The notes under the pieces are model-generated. The model saw only the letters and a program-made list of their open reading frames with translations, was not told the origin of the DNA and searched no databases. A program made the translations under genes and the position numbers. This document shows positions 58,900-64,000 of a stretch of 64,000 nt of DNA, one piece after another. The stretch lies in IMG/VR virus record IMGVR_UViG_3300028888_000047, positions 192,001 to 256,000 of that record; one strand, 5' to 3'. Source of the stretch: a virus (lineage: Duplodnaviria; Caudoviricetes). Within the stretch, counting starts at the first letter, position 1; the number at the start of each line of letters is the position of its first letter.

Positions 58900-59565
58900 T
58901 TATCTTCTAAATTTACCAGTATTATATGAAAATGCATCCCTACCTCTATCAAGAAGGTCTTGCATCTTTTTAATTTGTTTCTTTATCTCATCAATCCCCA
59001 TAAACGCATGATACATAATTGTTGATAATCCTACTCTCTTACCATCTTCAGAACCCGATAATGCATCAGTACCATCAAAATAGTTTTTAATATTTGATTT
59101 ATCAACCAATGTATTTAATGTCATCAATTGCTCCAAAATAGCATCAAGATTCCAAACAATCTGCTGCATTAATGGTCTTCCTGTTAATTTATTTTCACCA
59201 TAAATTAAATCAATGATTTTTCTATCTGCTTTGCTTATATTGTTAACTGCTGCTCTAATACTATCATCCTTTAATATATGATTAACAATATCTTTTGTGA
59301 GTCTACCACCATGCTTTACTGCTCCTTCTGGAGAAAAATATAAAACAAGTTGTCTAATAGCTTTATATGGGCTATTAACAGACACTCTATTGCCAAATGG
59401 TATCATAGCTTGTATGAAGTAGTTTATGCTTCTTGTATCTATACTATCAATACCATCAAGGAAATTCTTGTCATAAGCTATTTTAGCCTCATCAAACATT
59501 TCGTTAATAACACTATGAACTATGCTACTAATTCTTTCTTCTGATAAATTAATCTTCTTTACCAT
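58900..59565 (-). CDS. LTESDL-like motif protein
   Basis: MVKKINLSEERISSIVHSVINE. Confidence 0.7.
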   Translation of the reverse strand: MVKKINLSEERISSIVHSVINEMFDEAKIAYDKNFLDGIDSIDTRSINYFIQAMIPFGNRVSVNSPYKAIRQLVLYFSPEGAVKHGGRLTKDIVNHILKDDSIRAAVNNISKADRKIIDLIYGENKLTGRPLMQQIVWNLDAILEQLMTLNTLVDKSNIKNYFDGTDALSGSEDGKRVGLSTIMYHAFMGIDEIKKQIKKMQDLLDRGRDAFSYNTGKFRR

Positions 59566-59571
59566 AATAAA

Positions 59572-59850
59572 TTAATAATAATATAACCAAAGAGCCTTTT
59601 TAAGCCATTCAACCTGTGACTCTTCCAAATTATTTTCATCTAAAGAATTATCTTGCCATATAATTCCTTGCGTACTATCAAGAGAATGTTCATCAAATCT
59701 ATGCGTATGGTCATCTATAATTGCAGATTCTTCCGCAAGATTTGTGTAATAATAATGGCCATTATAACCATAAACTGTTGGTTCATAGTCAACCATCATT
59801 TCCATTCCTCTTAATAAATCACTATCTCTTATTACTTTTTTCCTATCCAT
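59572..59850 (-). CDS. hypothetical protein
   Basis: 92 aa; late motif upstream. Confidence 0.65.
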   Translation of the reverse strand: MDRKKVIRDSDLLRGMEMMVDYEPTVYGYNGHYYYTNLAEESAIIDDHTHRFDEHSLDSTQGIIWQDNSLDENNLEESQVEWLKKALWLYYY

Positions 59851-59941
59851 TTCAAAATAATATTTTAAAATAAATATCTACACCATTTTGTTTTTACATT
59901 TTTTTTATGTATATTTACCGACAAATTTAAAATTATAATTT

Positions 59942-60958
59942 ATGATTTCAGAATTAGATAAAATTTACAACATATTAGCATCATTTCTTGGGGAAGCAAA
60001 AAATGGATTTGATGGAAAAAATATGCAATTACAATTCCCCTGTCCAAGATGTATTGAAAATAAAGGTAGTAAAGAAGTTCTAAAATACAATTTAGAATGT
60101 AACATCAGTTCCCAAGTATTTAAATGTTGGTCTTGCTGTGATGAAGGTGATAAAATGAGTGGTTCTATACTTAAACTCATTAAATTATATGGCAATGAAC
60201 AATTACTAAAGGATTATAAAGAAGCAATACATTCATTTAGAGAAAGCAAACTATATAAACTCAACTTTTCTGATGATGAATTTAACATAGACACAAAATC
60301 AATAGAGATTGATGATTTAAAACTACCAAGAACATTTAAGTTTTTGCAAAAAGACAAATATGTTCCAAAACCTGTTGCAGCATATTTAAATTCAAGAGGT
60401 ATAGATTGGGATGTGATAGAAAAACATAATATGGGGTATACCGAATTTATAAAAGATGATTTTATGCCGTCTTATAGGTTATACATACCATCATATGACA
60501 AATATGGAGATTTAAACTATTGGACAGGAAGAGATTACCTAGATAGAAAAAACGTAGTTAAATATTTTAATCCAAAAATTGAAAGAAAAAATATAATATT
60601 TAACGAAGAAAAGCTTCAATGGGATGCTGATATAACATTGGTAGAAGGGCCATTTGACCATATAGTAGTTCCAAATTCAGTTCCATTATTGGGAAAAGTT
60701 TTAAATAAGGAGTTTAAATTGTTTTGGGAAATAATTAAAAATGCCAACAGTAAGGTTAATATATGGCTTGATTCTGACGCATTTGATTCAATAAAAGAAA
60801 TTTATAAAGAATTAAATCACGGAGATTTATATAATAGAATTAGGATAATTGAAACAGATTTGGGAAAAGACCCAAGTGAAATATATGAAAAATATGGATA
60901 TAAGGGTATAATCCATTGCTTAAAATCAGCAAAAAAAATTGAGGAAGTACGTTTATAA
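59942..60958 (+). CDS. DNA primase (zinc finger plus TOPRIM)
   Basis: CPRC...CWSC, YL..RG, LVEGPFD, LDSD, KDPSE motifs. Confidence 0.9.
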   Translation: MISELDKIYNILASFLGEAKNGFDGKNMQLQFPCPRCIENKGSKEVLKYNLECNISSQVFKCWSCCDEGDKMSGSILKLIKLYGNEQLLKDYKEAIHSFRESKLYKLNFSDDEFNIDTKSIEIDDLKLPRTFKFLQKDKYVPKPVAAYLNSRGIDWDVIEKHNMGYTEFIKDDFMPSYRLYIPSYDKYGDLNYWTGRDYLDRKNVVKYFNPKIERKNIIFNEEKLQWDADITLVEGPFDHIVVPNSVPLLGKVLNKEFKLFWEIIKNANSKVNIWLDSDAFDSIKEIYKELNHGDLYNRIRIIETDLGKDPSEIYEKYGYKGIIHCLKSAKKIEEVRL

Positions 60959-61135
60959 TACTTCCTCAATTAAATATTTTTCAGCGTTGTCATCAATAAC
61001 TGCACCATTTTCGTCAATCAATTTGTATTTTCTTACATCTTCTTTATTAGATAAAAATACACTAGCATTGAATATATTATATCCATCTATAAATGACCAC
61101 TTATACTTTTCATTAGGCAATCTTAATATCCACAT
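60953..61135 (-). CDS. small hypothetical protein
   Basis: 60-aa ORF downstream of the amidase. Confidence 0.45.
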   Translation of the reverse strand: MWILRLPNEKYKWSFIDGYNIFNASVFLSNKEDVRKYKLIDENGAVIDDNAEKYLIEEVL

Positions 61136-61156
61136 ACTTCACTATGTTTTAAAAAG

Positions 61157-61813
61157 TTATTTCTTTTTTCGAAAATTTATATAATCAATTATTCCTTCAA
61201 TATGTAATCTAACAACGCCATGAACTCCTTCATCAGATGTTAAATATTGTAAGTCATCCTTATTATCATAAAAGAAATTTTCAGTCAATACAGCAGCGCA
61301 TTTTGCCTTTTTAATAATATAGAAATCAACCTCTTTGTCTCTATCACCATCAGACCAATCTTCTCTTATTTTTCTTCCCTTAAGATTTTCATCCGCTCTT
61401 TTATAAAGGAAATTAGCCAATGTGTCTGAAATAGTTTTACCCCTTGTTGTATATGCTTCCCAACCTTTAGCATCTTGCCAAGACGAACCATCGCCCTTTG
61501 CATTGGAATGAACTGAAACTAACAAAACGTTTGCTGCGCCTTCCTTGTTACAAATAGTATTGATTCTTCTTATTCTTTCAGCTAATGAAGCATCAGCTTC
61601 TTCTGGAACAACAAGTCTTGCGTCATATCCCATAGAGATAAGTTTATTAACAACTAAATGAGATATTACTCTATTATATTTCCATTCACGGAACCTACCA
61701 CCATTGGTGAACTCAGAACCAATTTTTATAGAACTATCAAGTTTGGGGCTGTATTTTCCGTTTTGCTCTGTATTACAACCGTGTCCGTTATCAATTAGTA
61801 TTATCATTTTCAA
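61157..61813 (-). CDS. N-acetylmuramoyl-L-alanine amidase (Amidase_3), probable endolysin
   Basis: IDNGHG, RE...N, VSVHSNA, AVLTENFF motifs. Confidence 0.92.
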   Translation of the reverse strand: MKMIILIDNGHGCNTEQNGKYSPKLDSSIKIGSEFTNGGRFREWKYNRVISHLVVNKLISMGYDARLVVPEEADASLAERIRRINTICNKEGAANVLLVSVHSNAKGDGSSWQDAKGWEAYTTRGKTISDTLANFLYKRADENLKGRKIREDWSDGDRDKEVDFYIIKKAKCAAVLTENFFYDNKDDLQYLTSDEGVHGVVRLHIEGIIDYINFRKKK

Positions 61814-61816
61814 GTC

Positions 61817-63019
61817 TTAATTATTGATTTCTTCTATTGTTACATTATCATTACTCAATTCTATATCTCCACAACCACACGCAGTACTATTTGTAACTGT
61901 TACTCTAATTTTAATTGAGTCACAAGTTTGTTCACAAGTATTACATGTAAAGGAAACATTTACATAAGTAGAACCGGTCGCAATACCGGTGATTGTAATA
62001 GTATCACTATTAATTGTTGAAGACGCTATAGAACCATCACTTGACCTAACACGTGTATCAGTAATACAAGAGCCCGACTCATTTATTGTTACTGTTCTGC
62101 TTTCACCAACAGGTATAGATATTTCAGCCCTATCTAACTTCAAAGTATTACAATCACATTCAATAGGAGGATTAGGGTTAGCTGCTTGCGTCACACTTAA
62201 TATTTTACTGGTGCAAGGCTGAGCATTAAAATATGGAGTAATTGTAATATCGTTAAGTTCTCCTGTTTGATTTGGTTTATAACTTATAAAGAATCTATTA
62301 CCATTTTTACCATAATTCATTAAATCCCCATCAACTACAAAATTATATGAATTTGCACATTCATTATCAAACGTGTAAACATAATGACTTGATGATTCAT
62401 TGTAAGGTATTGGAGTAAAAATAGATGGATTATAAACTTTTTCTATATAATCACAGCCACATGTTGCTCTTTTCCCTTCTTGCTTAACTATAAATTCTTT
62501 AGAACATTCTGTGCTTGTTCCTTGTATAATACCACGAACACGTAGTCTTACTTCTCTATCCTCCGGGTCTACATTTTCTTCAAAGGTAGCAACAGGGTTT
62601 CCGTTAGAATTTAGGCCAATATCATCTACCCAATCAGGTAACGTTCCACCTACAGGATTTTCACGCCTTTCAATGAGGCAGCTCGGCCAATTAACTGTTA
62701 ATAACTGAGTAGGTGTACTATAGCCTTTAGATGGTACTGTAACAATATTAGTACTTAGAGTTAAATAATCGCAACTACAGCCAACTGGCTTACATCTTGT
62801 TACCGAAACTGATTGAGTTTTTGATACTTCTGAACATACAAATGTTACTGTACCATTTAAATCCGTTTCTGTTGAAGTTGTCGCCTCATCTGCTGTTATT
62901 ATAATATTCATATTTCCTGAACCGCTATTTATTTCATGTTGCCTATCGTTTCTATTATAAACATGAATCCAATTTTTATTTTTACTAACGGTCCAATTTA
63001 AGTTTCTAACTTCTGCCAT
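61817..63019 (-). CDS. Cys-linked BACON/Ig-like repeat virion protein
   Basis: Start reassigned to MAEVRN; CSC/CGC/CDC linkers and Big_2-like last module. Confidence 0.75.
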   Translation of the reverse strand: MAEVRNLNWTVSKNKNWIHVYNRNDRQHEINSGSGNMNIIITADEATTSTETDLNGTVTFVCSEVSKTQSVSVTRCKPVGCSCDYLTLSTNIVTVPSKGYSTPTQLLTVNWPSCLIERRENPVGGTLPDWVDDIGLNSNGNPVATFEENVDPEDREVRLRVRGIIQGTSTECSKEFIVKQEGKRATCGCDYIEKVYNPSIFTPIPYNESSSHYVYTFDNECANSYNFVVDGDLMNYGKNGNRFFISYKPNQTGELNDITITPYFNAQPCTSKILSVTQAANPNPPIECDCNTLKLDRAEISIPVGESRTVTINESGSCITDTRVRSSDGSIASSTINSDTITITGIATGSTYVNVSFTCNTCEQTCDSIKIRVTVTNSTACGCGDIELSNDNVTIEEINN

Positions 63020-63098
63020 ATCTTTAAAAACAATTTTATTATAAATATTTCCGTGTTTTATATTTTTTTTGTATATTTGTAATAAAATAAAAAATATT

Positions 63099-63923
63099 AT
63101 GATTAAATGCATTATACACTTAGCTGATGTACATATTAGACCATTCGTCAGATTGGAAGAGTACACGGTTAAATTGAACGAATTAAACAAAAAAATAGAA
63201 GAAGAAATTAAAGGTTTAGAACATGATGAAGTTAGAATTGTAATATCTGGTGATATAGTTCATTCTAAAAATAGTATAAGTAATGAATTAATAGCCTTCG
63301 TATCATCTTGGATTAGACAATTGGAACAATTTGGAAAAGTAATTGTGATAAGTGGTAATCACGACCTAATGGTTGGGAATATGTCTCGTGTTGATACGTT
63401 AACAGCAATATTTACAGCAGCACAATTTAACAATTCATTTCACCTTGATGAAATGTTAGGGTATGATAGTGGGATTGTGCCTGATGAGAATGTATGTTGG
63501 GCATTATATTCAATATTTGCTGATTATAAAAAGCCTAATATAGAACAAGCAAAAAAAGATTTTACAAATAATACAATTATAGGTCTGTATCATGGGACAA
63601 TAGTTGGTGCAACACTAAATAATGGCACAATTATAGATAGTGGAGTTACTGGTGATGTTTTTGAAGGATGCGACTTTGTGGCAGCGGGAGATATACATAA
63701 AAGGCAAGAAATAAAAAGAGGAAATGTTAAAATTGTTTATCCTGGTTCATTAATTCAACAAACATTTGGCGAAACGATTACACAGCATGGATTTGTTGTG
63801 TGGAATTTGGAAGATAAAACTCATAAATTTGTTGACTTATCAAATGATTATGCCCTCTATGATTTCGAAATAAAATCAGTAGAGGACATAGAAAATGATA
63901 AAGAAACATTAATCAATTACTAA
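63099..63923 (+). CDS. sbcD: SbcD/Mre11-like metallophosphoesterase (T4 gp47-like)
   Basis: ADVH, GDIVH, GNHD, YHG, GDIH, YPGS motifs; start MIKCII. Confidence 0.9.
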   Translation: MIKCIIHLADVHIRPFVRLEEYTVKLNELNKKIEEEIKGLEHDEVRIVISGDIVHSKNSISNELIAFVSSWIRQLEQFGKVIVISGNHDLMVGNMSRVDTLTAIFTAAQFNNSFHLDEMLGYDSGIVPDENVCWALYSIFADYKKPNIEQAKKDFTNNTIIGLYHGTIVGATLNNGTIIDSGVTGDVFEGCDFVAAGDIHKRQEIKRGNVKIVYPGSLIQQTFGETITQHGFVVWNLEDKTHKFVDLSNDYALYDFEIKSVEDIENDKETLINY

Positions 63924-64000
63924 ATATAACATTTATTAAATCTTCTTTGCATAAAGATGGTATTATCCTTAAACTTCCCTTTCCGGTAGTCGGGGATACT

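Noticed and set aside
1-64000. TAG-to-Gln recoding (code 15, as in Lak megaphages), suggested by the Gln tRNA focus
   Set aside because: Long genes, including structural and lysis genes, are intact in code 11; gaps are filled by short complete ORFs; no CUA-anticodon tRNA is in the window.
1-64000. CRISPR array (prompted by the Cas4-like nuclease at 5583-6437)
   Set aside because: No regularly spaced direct repeats were seen; solo PD-(D/E)xK nucleases are common in phages.

Overview
This is an AT-rich, gene-dense 64 kb segment of a jumbo/mega myovirus-like phage. The host is probably a Bacteroidota member, judged from repeated TAnnTTTG -7 promoter elements and BACON/BspA-like adhesin genes. 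ORFs read cleanly in the standard code. The window carries chaperone/proteolysis genes (dnaJ start, dnaK, clpP), phoH, two sigma factors (gp55-like and sigma70-like), replication/recombination genes (primase, SbcC/SbcD, RuvC-like, PD-(D/E)xK nuclease), a DNA methyltransferase, RmlC plus three glycosyltransferases, a baseplate spike, a peptidase-S74 tail fibre, a family of Cys-rich adhesin-like proteins, lysis genes, and many proteins sharing an N-terminal LTESDL-type motif. The most striking region is a minus-strand RNA island at about 37.77-39.54 kb. It contains a 12-codon leader peptide with five consecutive Gln codons (MKNIVRQQQQQI) followed by alternative hairpins and an intrinsic terminator. 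This sits directly upstream of two phage tRNA-Gln genes: a UUG one, and a CUG one with an abnormal long variable arm. The arrangement suggests a Gln-tRNA-sensing attenuator that switches on the phage's own tRNA-Gln genes. The island also holds two tRNA-Leu genes, a circularly permuted anticodon-less tRNA-like RNA and three unassigned structured RNAs. All RNA folds were worked out by hand and no database searches were run.
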